64,000 nt of DNA from a virus, in the IMG/VR virus record IMGVR_UViG_3300025085_000010, positions 15,188-79,187 of that record. One strand, written 5' to 3'. The notes under the pieces are model-generated. The model did not search any database. It saw nothing but the letters and a program-made list of their open reading frames with translations, and was not told the origin of the DNA. Position 1 is the stretch's first letter. Each line of letters begins with the position of its first letter. Below, in pieces: positions 1 to 11,200 of the stretch. The position numbers and the translations under genes are program-made.

Positions 1-2
1 AT

Positions 3-3000
3 GTAAGTATAGACGCAGTAGTTAACGTGTTTAAAAACGCGCTGAGTATTAATGATGATGCAACTTTACCATCAACAGTGGCATTTACTAACTCTTCAAT
101 TACAACAAAACTAGGAGAATATACAGGAACCGATAGCGACATTAAGAGAGAGTTCATGCTTGAGCATGAAAATAAACAAATCTTTGAAAGATATTTTGAA
201 GGTGACAGTAGCTCTGTCGTTGATATTAGTGCAAACACTATCAAGATTCCAGACCATTTCTTCGTAAGTGGAGAAAAACTGAGGTATGTTCATGTTGGAA
301 CTGCATCATCTGCAGTTGGAATTGCTACAACCAGTTTCGTTGGTGTGGCAGATACTACTTTCCTCCCAGGAGAAAATCTCTTTGCAGTCAAGGTTGATGA
401 CAATCTCATCAAGATTGCATCTAGTGCAGAGAATGCACTGAAGTCAATTCCACAAGTTGTTCAGTTGGAAAGTGTTGGTATTGGCACATCTCATAGATTT
501 ATTTCTACGAATCAAAATGCCAAAGCGATTGTTGCTATCGATAATGTAATTCAGTCCCCAGTTGTTTCTACTGCTGTTACATCGCATCTAGCAAATCAGA
601 TGTCGGATACCGATAATCTATTGACGTTTAGCGGAATAACCTCATTCTTTGGATCTGACTTAATTCAGATTAGTGATGAGATTATGAAGATCGAAGGTAT
701 TGGTATTGGAAGCACAAACGTTATACGAGTTCGTAGAGAGTGGTTAGGAACTAAGATTGGAACTGCAGGAACTGGAGAACTAATTACAAAAGTTGCTGGC
801 AATTATAATATTGTTGATAATCATCTCAACTTCGTTGAGGCTCCTTTTGGAAATACTCCAATTGGATCTACTACTAATCCTCCTGATGAAAGAGACTGGA
901 CTGGTATTACAACGTCTTCTAGTTTCCAAGGAAGAACCTTCATAAGGTCTGGTATTGAAAACACATCAAATGAGTCCTATCATAAAAATTACATCTTTGA
1001 TAATATTTCAAGTCAATTTAATGCAACTGAAAATGAATTCACTCTGAAGCAAAATGCCTCAGATGTTCCTGGTATTTCTACTGAAAATGCAATCATTCTT
1101 GTTAATGATGTATTCCAAACTCCAGGACTTCTGAATCAGTATACTTTAGATGAAGCAGCTGGAATTACTACTATTACATTCCAAGGAACAGAAACAACTC
1201 CTCTGGGTTCTGATGTTGGAATCTCTAGTTATCCAAAGGGTGGAATTATTGTTTCCGTTGCTTCTGTTGAAGGTCTTGGATATCAATCTCTTATTTCTGC
1301 TGGTGGAACCGCAGTTGTATCTGGAGCAGGAACTGTTTCTTCGGTTAGTATTGCCAATACTGGAACTGGATATAGAGGAAGAAACCAATATGAAATTTTA
1401 ACTGACACATCCAGCCCTGTTGGAGTTGGATCTACTGAAATTTATTTGGAAGATTCAAATAGTGTTTATGATATTATTAGTTTGTTGAATACCGGCGATA
1501 ACGTTACTATTGGTGTTGGAACATTCTTAAAATCAAATGTAACGGTTGTTTCTACTGCATCTACTTTCGTTAGAATTGGAGTTGGTTCTACAAGTGCTCT
1601 TGAAATTCCAACTGGAACTCAAGTTAGCATCGGTGTTACAAATCCAACTCTTGGATATGTTAACGTAAGTGTTGCCAATAGCGATATTGGTGCAACTACT
1701 TCAATATTCCATGTTGGTTTTGCAACCATTATGACTGGAACTGGCAACATCTCCACAGAGGTGACTGTCACAAATGATGGGGCAGAATTTAATTCGTCAT
1801 CTTATGTTGTTGTAGATGATCCAGATTCTTATTCAAACCTCGACCTTACTTATTCCGCTTCTTCATCTGGAGTTGGAACTCATGCAACAATTGATGTTGT
1901 TGTTGGTCAAGGATCTAGTGTAATTGATTTTGAACTCAAAAATAACGGATATGGTTATGGTAACGGAGATATTTTAACTGTTCCTATTGGAGGATTGACA
2001 GGAATTCCAACAACATCATCTTTCAGTGAATTTACTTTAACTGTTGACAAAACTATTTTTGATAAATTCTCTGGATGGTCTCTTGGAACTCTCCAAGTTC
2101 TTGATGATGTTGGGAGATTTATCGATGGTGCAAGAAAAGATTTCCCACTTTCTCTTGCAGGCGGCACAGTTTCTATTGTTGCTGCAAAAGGATCGAATAT
2201 CAACGTTCAGGACGTGCTTCTTATTTTTGTTAATAATACACTTCAAGTTCCAGGAGAAGGATACACATTTGCTGGCGGAAGCACATTAAACTTTACAGAG
2301 GCACCTAAACTTGGAGATATAATCGAAATTGTGTTCTATAAAGGAAGTGGTGACACAGACGTTATTTTCAGAAACATTATCGAAACTGTGAAAAAAGGTG
2401 ACTCTTTACAAATTAAAAATGATTCTTCCAGAAATCAAGCATCTTCACTTATTGAAGATGAAAGAATTGTTGATAATATTAAATCTACAAGCACTGTTTC
2501 CACAAATCCATACTTTGGACCAGGAAATACAAATGATATCACTTTAGATAGACCCGTTGTTTGGTGCAAACAAACTGAAGATGTCTTTGTCGATGAAATT
2601 GCTATTGGTAAAGATCGTGAACTTTATGAACCAGTCATTAACCCTAGTGCTTATATTATTAAGTCTGTTGGTGTTGGATCAACTGCAATTTACGTGGACA
2701 ACCTGAGACCCATGTTTAATCCACAGAATGAAAATGATACTGATCTAACCTTCCAGAAGAAAGTTAAATTCGTCGCTCAGGAGTCCAAAACGGCAGCTGC
2801 AGCAACTGCAATTGTCTCTGGTCTTGGAACCATTTCTTCGATATCAATTTCTGACGGTGGTTCTGGATATGCATCAGCACCAGTCGTAACGATTGGAAGC
2901 ACGGTTCAGGCAGTTGGTGTTGGAACCACTGCTCTTGCAACAGCATCCATTACCGCTGGGGTGGTAACAAACATTACTATTTCTAATGCTGGAACTGCCT

Positions 3001-3638
3001 ATACAAACGTAAGTCCACCACCAGTTCTCATCGCACCTCCAACATATTCTGAAGAAGAGATTGCTGTCGATTCATATCAGGGTGATAATGGTATCATCGT
3101 TGGATTTGGAACTACGGCTGTTGGAGTTGGAACCACTCAGTTAGTTCTTGACCTACATATTCCATACGACTCTTTCCTCAGAGAGTCTGCTATCGCAGGA
3201 ACTGCTATTACAGTAAGTTCTCTTGCAGCGAATGATTATTTTGTTGTAAGAAATTCAAATGGTGGTGTTGGATCTACCTCAGTCACTTCTCTGGATACAT
3301 CTGGAAACACTGTTGGTGTTGGAACATCCTTCATAGATAATGTCTACTACGTCTCCAGTGCTGAATTTATCTCAACCAGTGTGTCTGGAATAGACACTAC
3401 TGTTAAGAGAGTCTTTGTCAAGGTTGACGATTACGCAAGTGGATACTCTGGTATTAATACATCAGACTTCTTTGGATCATTTAGTTGGGGAAGAATTGAT
3501 GTCACTGGAAGAACAGAGACAAACTCTTATTCCGCATATACCGAATCTGGAATCGGTGCAACTGATGGAACTGGCATTTCAACATCAACCATGGTTGTCA
3601 GATCTAACTTCTTGAAATTCAAAAACTATATCGTCTAA
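3..3638 (+). CDS. Large baseplate wedge protein (gp7-like), 5' truncated by the window edge
   Basis: Frame is open from position 3 (no stop upstream of the ORF-track start at 27). G/S/T-rich beta-repeat structural protein lying directly upstream of gp8, the usual gp7 position in T4-like cyanophages. Confidence 0.7.
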   Translation, partial: VSIDAVVNVFKNALSINDDATLPSTVAFTNSSITTKLGEYTGTDSDIKREFMLEHENKQIFERYFEGDSSSVVDISANTIKIPDHFFVSGEKLRYVHVGTASSAVGIATTSFVGVADTTFLPGENLFAVKVDDNLIKIASSAENALKSIPQVVQLESVGIGTSHRFISTNQNAKAIVAIDNVIQSPVVSTAVTSHLANQMSDTDNLLTFSGITSFFGSDLIQISDEIMKIEGIGIGSTNVIRVRREWLGTKIGTAGTGELITKVAGNYNIVDNHLNFVEAPFGNTPIGSTTNPPDERDWTGITTSSSFQGRTFIRSGIENTSNESYHKNYIFDNISSQFNATENEFTLKQNASDVPGISTENAIILVNDVFQTPGLLNQYTLDEAAGITTITFQGTETTPLGSDVGISSYPKGGIIVSVASVEGLGYQSLISAGGTAVVSGAGTVSSVSIANTGTGYRGRNQYEILTDTSSPVGVGSTEIYLEDSNSVYDIISLLNTGDNVTIGVGTFLKSNVTVVSTASTFVRIGVGSTSALEIPTGTQVSIGVTNPTLGYVNVSVANSDIGATTSIFHVGFATIMTGTGNISTEVTVTNDGAEFNSSSYVVVDDPDSYSNLDLTYSASSSGVGTHATIDVVVGQGSSVIDFELKNNGYGYGNGDILTVPIGGLTGIPTTSSFSEFTLTVDKTIFDKFSGWSLGTLQVLDDVGRFIDGARKDFPLSLAGGTVSIVAAKGSNINVQDVLLIFVNNTLQVPGEGYTFAGGSTLNFTEAPKLGDIIEIVFYKGSGDTDVIFRNIIETVKKGDSLQIKNDSSRNQASSLIEDERIVDNIKSTSTVSTNPYFGPGNTNDITLDRPVVWCKQTEDVFVDEIAIGKDRELYEPVINPSAYIIKSVGVGSTAIYVDNLRPMFNPQNENDTDLTFQKKVKFVAQESKTAAAATAIVSGLGTISSISISDGGSGYASAPVVTIGSTVQAVGVGTTALATASITAGVVTNITISNAGTAYTNVSPPPVLIAPPTYSEEEIAVDSYQGDNGIIVGFGTTAVGVGTTQLVLDLHIPYDSFLRESAIAGTAITVSSLAANDYFVVRNSNGGVGSTSVTSLDTSGNTVGVGTSFIDNVYYVSSAEFISTSVSGIDTTVKRVFVKVDDYASGYSGINTSDFFGSFSWGRIDVTGRTETNSYSAYTESGIGATDGTGISTSTMVVRSNFLKFKNYIV

Positions 3639-3644
3639 TCACTA

Positions 3645-3651
3645 ATAAATA
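3645..3651 (+). promoter_or_regulatory. gp55-type late promoter (ATAAATA)
   Basis: Matches the T4 late TATAAATA core; in the intergenic gap 18 nt before the gp8 ATG. Confidence 0.7.
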
Positions 3652-3669
3652 AAGAAAAACTCTGTTAAA

Positions 3670-5223
3670 ATGGCCGCAATAATTACGGATCAGATTAGAA
3701 TATTGAATGCAAAGAATTTTGTTGCGGGGGTAAACAATTCCTCTAATGCATATTATTCTTTTGTTGGTTTGCCAAACCCAGCAGATTATCAATCTACTTG
3801 GGATTCTGATCCCCCTTCACCAAAAGATAATTTTACCGAAGAGGATGATTATTGGGATACCATGATCGCTTTGAAGAAAATTAATTCTGCAGATGCAAAG
3901 CAGGTTGTTCCCAAGAGAACTTGGTCCTCAGGAACGACCTATGACATGTATCGTCATGATTACAGCAGATCAAATACCGCTGTAATTTCTGGATCTACGT
4001 CACTGTATCTTGCAAACTATTTTGTATTAAATAGCGACTTCAGAGTTTATCTTTGTTTGCAAAATGGTATTGATCCCGATAATCCATCGGGAAGACCATC
4101 CTTGGACGAACCAACTTTTACTGATTTAGAACCTAAGGCGGCTGGCACTAGTGGTGATGGTTATATCTGGAAGTATCTTTACACTATTGCTCCAAGCGAT
4201 GTAACAAAATTTGAATCGACTGATTATATGCCAGTTCCTGCAGACTGGTCAACTGCAACTGATAATGCTGCAGTAAGAGATAATGCCGTTGATGGATCTA
4301 TTAAGATTGTCACGATTACTAATAAAGGTGTTGGTCTTGGCACTGCAAACTCGACTTATACTTCCGTTCCAATTAGAGGAGACGGCACAGGAGCAGAGTG
4401 TACCATAGTAATTGATGCTGATTCTAAAGTTAGTTCTGTAACAGTTTCTGCTCAAGGTTCAGGTTACACCTATGGAAATGTTGATTTAGTTGCTGGTGGA
4501 GTTCCAACAGGAACCACTAGACCAGCATTTGATGTAATTATTCCACCACAGGGTGGTCATGGTGCTGACATCTACAGAGAATTGGGTGCATATAATGTTC
4601 TCCTTTATTCAAGAATTGAAAATGATAATGAAAACCCAGACTTCATTACAGGTAACCAAATTGCCAGAGTCGGTGTTATAGAAAATCCACAACAGTTTGG
4701 ATCTACAACTTTTCTTTCAGCAGATAAAGCAAGTGCTCTTGGGGCATTAAAATTAGTTGGGACAGGATATAGTACAGCAACATTTACTGCTGATGCATAT
4801 TTCATTCAAACAGTTTCCACAGGAACAACTGCTGTAGGAAGAGTTATTAACTATGATCAGAATACTGGAGTATTGAAATTCTGGCAAGATAGATCTCTTG
4901 CTGGATTTAACACCGTTGGAACTGCACAAACTCAACCAACATATGGGTTTGATTTGACAGAGTTTACATCATCTCCTGGGACTGGTGGAGCACTGACTAT
5001 CGTACCATCAACTGGACAAGATTTGACTATTGATAGTGACTTTACGGGTATATCTACAGTAATAAATAATCGTACATACTATCTTGGTCAAACTTTTACG
5101 AGTGGTATTTCTAATCCTGAGGTCAAAGCGCATTCGGGAAACATCATTTACGTTGACAACCGACCAGCCATAACTCGATCAGCGAGTCAAAAGGAAGACA
5201 TAAAAGTTATTTTGCAGTTCTAA
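3670..5223 (+). CDS. gp8: Baseplate wedge subunit gp8
   Basis: MAAIITDQIRILNAKNF start, YDMYRHDYS, VYLCLQNG, DGYIWKYLYTI and the C-terminal IIYVDNR...QKEDIKVILQF are typical of cyanophage gp8. Confidence 0.88.
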   Translation: MAAIITDQIRILNAKNFVAGVNNSSNAYYSFVGLPNPADYQSTWDSDPPSPKDNFTEEDDYWDTMIALKKINSADAKQVVPKRTWSSGTTYDMYRHDYSRSNTAVISGSTSLYLANYFVLNSDFRVYLCLQNGIDPDNPSGRPSLDEPTFTDLEPKAAGTSGDGYIWKYLYTIAPSDVTKFESTDYMPVPADWSTATDNAAVRDNAVDGSIKIVTITNKGVGLGTANSTYTSVPIRGDGTGAECTIVIDADSKVSSVTVSAQGSGYTYGNVDLVAGGVPTGTTRPAFDVIIPPQGGHGADIYRELGAYNVLLYSRIENDNENPDFITGNQIARVGVIENPQQFGSTTFLSADKASALGALKLVGTGYSTATFTADAYFIQTVSTGTTAVGRVINYDQNTGVLKFWQDRSLAGFNTVGTAQTQPTYGFDLTEFTSSPGTGGALTIVPSTGQDLTIDSDFTGISTVINNRTYYLGQTFTSGISNPEVKAHSGNIIYVDNRPAITRSASQKEDIKVILQF

Positions 5224-5229
5224 AGAATT

Positions 5230-8200
5230 ATGCCCCAACAAACGAACCTCAACGTAGCTCCATACTTTGATGATTTTGATGCAGCTAATGATTACCATAA
5301 GGTATTATTTAAACCAGGATATCCTGTTCAGGCAAGAGAGTTAACAACTCTGCAGTCTATACTGCAAAATCAGATTGAAAAGTTTGGGCAGCACTTTTTT
5401 AAAGAAGGTGCAAAAGTAATACCAGGAAATATTGGGTATAGTCAATTATATTACTGCGTACAGTTAGAAAATACATATCAGGGTGTTCCAGTATCGGCGT
5501 ATGCTGATCAGTTGGTTGGAACAAAAATTACTGGGCAGACTTCTGGGGTAACTGCTTTTGTTGATAATGTTCTGTTGCCTGAGGACTCTGAAAGAGGTAA
5601 TTTAACACTTTATATTAATTATCTTACATCAAGCACGGGAAATAATTCTACACAAACTTTTTTTGATGGAGAATTGCTGACATGTAATGAAGTAGTAACT
5701 TCTGGATTACTTGGAAATACTACAATTGCTGCAGGATCACCTCTTGCATCTACTTTAACTAATGCTGCGACTGCGACTGGATCCTCTTTCCAAATTGAAA
5801 ATGGTGTTTATTTTATTCGTGGAAATTTTATAAACGTTGATAGAGAAAATCTCCTTCTTGATCAATATGGAACAACTCCAAGTTATAGAATTGGTCTGTT
5901 TATTAATGAAGAGATTGTTAATGCAGATTTAGACGAAACTCTTAATGATAACTCTCAGGGATTTAACAACTATGCAGCACCAGGTGCTGATAGACTTAGA
6001 ATTTCTACAAGTCTTTTCAAGAAACCTCTTGACGATTTTAACGATGATAACTTTATTTTACTCGCCACAGTAATCAACGGAGTTCTCCAATCTCAGCAGA
6101 AGAAGAAAAAGAACTATGGTGGAGTATTTTACGATGATTTAACTGATGTTCTTGCAAGAAGAACTTTTGATGAGTCTGGACATTATTTTGTAAAAGCATT
6201 TAATATTAGTGCAGTCAACTCTTTAAACGACGGACTTGGGAATGATGGTATTTTTGAAACAGGACAGTTTACTCCTAGTGGAACAACTCCAACAGATGAT
6301 TTAGCTCTTTATAAGATTGGTCCTGGAAAAGCATACGTAAAGGGATATGAGATTGAAACTTTGAGTGCAAAGTATCTTGATGTAGATAAACCAAGAACAA
6401 CCAAAACTATTGAAAATCAAAATATTGCCTATAATACTGGTCCAACATTAAAGATAAACAGAGTATTCAGATCACCAACAGTCGGATTTGGAACTTATGT
6501 TGTAAGTCTTAGAGATCAAAGAGTTGGATCTAATCAACAAACAACTCCTGGAAATGAAATTGGAGTTGCTAGAGTATATGACTTTAAATTAGAGTCTGGG
6601 TCATATGATGCTGCAAATGGAAATGTTAATGAATGGAATCTTGCACTATATGATGTCCAAACTAATGTAGAGATTGCTGTAAACCAGTCAACAACACTTT
6701 CTGTTCCTACATTTGTAAAAGGTGCAAATAGTGGTGCAACTGGATTCTTAAGACATGCAGTTTCTGCGGGAACTGCAGTTACTGTTTATGAAACTGAAGG
6801 ATCTTTTGTTCCTTTTGAGAAACTTATCTTTAATGGTATTGAAGGTGGTAGAGTTGCTATTGCCATCACGGAACATGGTATTGCTGACGTTAAATCTGTC
6901 TATGGAATGGATGGATATGATGGAACTTCTACAACCGTTGGCATCAATACATTTAGTGCCGACGTAATTCAATCCACTAAGTTTAGTGCAGGTATTGCCA
7001 CTGTTAGTGCTCTGTCTGGTGGAATTAGCACTATTACTGCTAAAAAGACTGCTTTCCCTGGAACTCTTGTAAAAGAGAATGATTTGATTGAATATACTGA
7101 TACTACAGCAGGACTGAGAAATGATCCTATTGTTGCAAGAGTTGTAGGTGTCGCAACAACAACTATCACTGTAGCTGCAGTAGAAGATGTTGTTGGTGTT
7201 GCTAGTGCATTTTTACCAGCAGCAACTTTAGACGTAACAGATTTAAAAGTTCTTAAGACAGACCTTGCATCTATTTCTGATTCGTCTTTATACACACCTT
7301 TAGCAAAAAGAAATGTTTCTAATGTTGATATTTCAGAAGCGACATTAGTAATCAGAAAAACTTTTAGCGTTGATATTGCTAATAATCAACTATCTTCGCA
7401 AGTAGTAGCAGGAACTAACGAAACATTCTTGCAATTTGATGAGGAAAGATATTTGTTAACAAGATCAGATGGATCTACAGAAGTTCTTACTGCAGATAAG
7501 TTTGATGTTGGTGCTGACGGCAAAACCTTACAAATCCGCAATTTAAGCACAGATGATACCGGTGCGACTTTAGTTGCTACTCTGAATAAAACCAGTCCAA
7601 AAGCAAAAGTTAAGATCAAGAATAGAGTTAACTCTATTATCGTTGACAAATCTAAATTGGCAGGATCTGGTATTGGATCCACGACTTTAAATAATGGACT
7701 TACTTCTGGAAACTATCCATTTGGAACCAGAGTTGAAGACGAAATTGTTTCCTTAAACTTCCCAGATATTATTGAAATTCATGGAATCTATGAATCTGCA
7801 GACACTTCTGCAGCTTCTGCTCCAAACATGACTCTACAGTCAATTAATAGTGCATCAACAACCACGACGGAACTATTGATTGGTGAGCAAATCGTTGGTC
7901 AAACTAGCGGTGCAAGAGCAATTGTATCCGAAAAACTTAATGACTCTACAATTACCTTTATTAGAAAAACAGAAACTGTTTTTGTTGAGGGAGAAACTAT
8001 AGAGGCACAAGAGTCAAATATTGGCGCAATAATCTCCAGTATTGGAACTCCAAGTTTTAACATTTCTGCAAATTATAAATTTAAAACCGGTCAGGAAGAA
8101 ACCTTCTATGATCATGGTCGCCTTAAAAGAAAAAAAGGAAAATCATCTCCTGCAAAACAATTAAAAATATATTTCTCTAGTGCATTTTTTGATTCTACTG

Positions 8201-11200
8201 ATACTGGAGATGTAGTAACAGTAAATTCGTATAATAATTTTGATTATGCTGATGAAATTAGATCTGTAGAAACCTATAGAACCTCAGACATTATTGATAT
8301 TAGACCTAGAGTTGCTGAATATACAGTAGATGCTGATGTGAGATCTCCGCTTGAATTCTTTGGAAGATCTTTTAACACATCTGGCCAGACTGCTGCAAAT
8401 ACTTTGGCATCTGATGAATCTATTATTCTGGACTATTCATATTATCAAGGAAGAATTGATAGAGTGTATTTGTCTAAGGATGGTAGATTCCAAATCATTT
8501 ATGGAACTCCATCAGATGATCCACAAAGACCAGAACCAATTGATGATGCAATTGAACTTTGTACAGTAAGTTTACCACCATATCTCTATGCTCCATCCGA
8601 TGCAAAACTTGCATTCTTGGATTATAAGAGATATCAAATGAAAGATATCAAGAAACTTGAGGATAGGATTAAGAGTCTTGAATACTACACTACATTATCA
8701 CTTTTAGAAAAAGAAACTGCAAACTTCTTTGTTCCTGATGCAGAAGGACTGAATAGATTCAAGTCGGGATTCTTTGTAGATAATTTTAATGATTTCTCTG
8801 CACAAGAAGATAGAATCGATATTAATAATGCTATTGATAGAAAGTATAATGAATTAAGACCAAGACATTATACTAACGCCGTAGATATGATTTTTGGACC
8901 AGTGGTTGACACTGATGCATCAGATGATGTCAACTTTGCTGCTATTGAAGGTAATAATGTAAGAAAGGAGAATGATGTTTTAACTCTTGATTATTCGGAA
9001 GTTGAATACATATCTCAAACTTTTGCAACTAGAACTGAAAGCGTTACTCCTTTCTTAATCAGTTTCTGGAATGGAACTCTTGAACTTACTCCAGCATCCG
9101 ATAACTGGGTTGATACCGCAAGACTTCAAGCTAAAATTATTGATGTTGAAGGTGATTATGCATCTACATTTAATAGACTTGCAGATAATGGGACTATTGA
9201 TCCACAAACAGGATTTGGTCCTATGGTTTGGGATTCTTGGGAAACCAACTGGACAGGTGTTGAAGTTGTGGATGCAACTAGAACAAGAGTTATTAATAAT
9301 GGACCTGATGTTATTCATCAAGGTGAAAGCTGGAGACCAGGAAGAAGCACATCAACTAGAACGGTTACTGACCAAGTAATTGAAGAACAACTCAGAACAA
9401 CTAGAGAGTTTGGCACTGTTTCTAGAAATGGTGTTAGAACTATCGTAACAGAACAGTTTGATCAGGAGTCTGTTGGAGATAGAACTGTTAGCAGAGATCT
9501 TATTCCATTCATGAGATCTAGAAACGTTGAGTTTGTTGCTAAGAAAGTTAAACCACTTACTAGACTTTATGCTTTCTTTGATGGTGTTGATATTTCTAAG
9601 TATTGCGTACCAAAACTGTTAGAAATTACTATGTCCTCTGGAACTTTCCAGGTTGGAGAAACAGTTAGTGGTACTAGTGGAGTAATTGCTGGACTTATTG
9701 ATCAATTCCGTCCAGACGCACAACCAGCTATAAAATTTAGAGTTGCACAATCTAATCATAGAGAAGGTCCATATGATTCCCCAACTAAAACATATCCACA
9801 AAATCCATATTCTAATATTGACCTAGCATCGACATATTCTTCTACTGCCACGATTTTGAATGTTGATACAGCATCACTTTCGTCAGAAGTAAGAGGAGAC
9901 TTCTTTGGATATACTGCAGCAGGAATGACTCTTGTAGGAGAAACAAGTGGAGCATTCGCACAAGTAACTAATGTAAGACTTGTTTCAGATCTTTCCTCGA
10001 CCTTGATTGGAAGTTATTTTGTTCCAAACGGCAACAACATAAATCATCCAAGATTTGAGTGCGGAACTAAAACATTTACTCTTGTAAATGATATTGATAA
10101 CAATCAGGATGATGCAACAACGATTGCTGAAGAATCATTCAGTGCTGAAGGAACTCTAGAAACGGTTCAAGAAAATATTGTCTCTGTTAGAAATGCAAGA
10201 GTTGAACTTAAAAATGAGTTCCAGAGCAGGAACGTTAGTAGAGATCTTGGAACTGAAGTTGTAAGTTCTGAAGTTATTGGATCTAGAACCAGAACACAAA
10301 CAATCATTTCTTACTATGACCCACTTGCACAGTCTTTCTTAGTTGAGGATGAGACTGGAGTATTTCTCACTAGTTGTGATGTTTTCTTCAGATCTAAGGA
10401 TGACATGGACATTCCTGTCGTCTTCCAACTTAGATCTATGAAGAATGGACTCCCAACTTCAAAAGTTCTTCCATTCTCAGAGATTGTTCTTGATCCTGGT
10501 GATGTTATTACCTCTGCAGATGGATCAATTGCAACAAATGTTCAATTTAAAGCTCCTGTTTATTTGGAAGGTGGAACTGAATATGCAATTTGTTTAGCAT
10601 CTAACTCAACCAAATATAGTGTCTATATTTCTAGAATTGGTGAGAATGATCTCTTAACAGATACGTTCATTTCTAACCAACCCTATCTTGGATCTCTGTT
10701 TAAATCGCAAAATGCTTCTACATGGGAACCAAGTCAGTGGGAAGATCTTAAGTTTACTCTGTATAGAGCAGACTTTATTGAGAATGGATCTGTTGAATTC
10801 TACAGTCCTGAACTAACGGAAGGTAACAGACAGATTCCTAATCTTCTTCCTGATTCAATTAATCTCAATTCCAGACAAATTAGAGTTGGTCTTGGAACCA
10901 CAGTGGCTGACTCTGGATATGAAATTGGCAATACCTTCTATCAACTGGGTACAAACGCCACAGGAGACCTTGTAGGCACCGCTGGATCCGCTACAGGCAA
11001 CCTTTCGATCACTAATGCTGGTCTTGGACTTACACCTGCTGATGGAAGTTTCACCTTTGCTGGTGTAAATCTTGTAACTATTACAGGCAACGGTAGAGGA
11101 GCAACGGCAGAGGTTAGTGTCAATAATGGAGCTATTGTTGCAAGTGGAGCAACAATAGCAACAGGTGGATCTGGGTATCAAATCGGAGACGTTCTTGGTA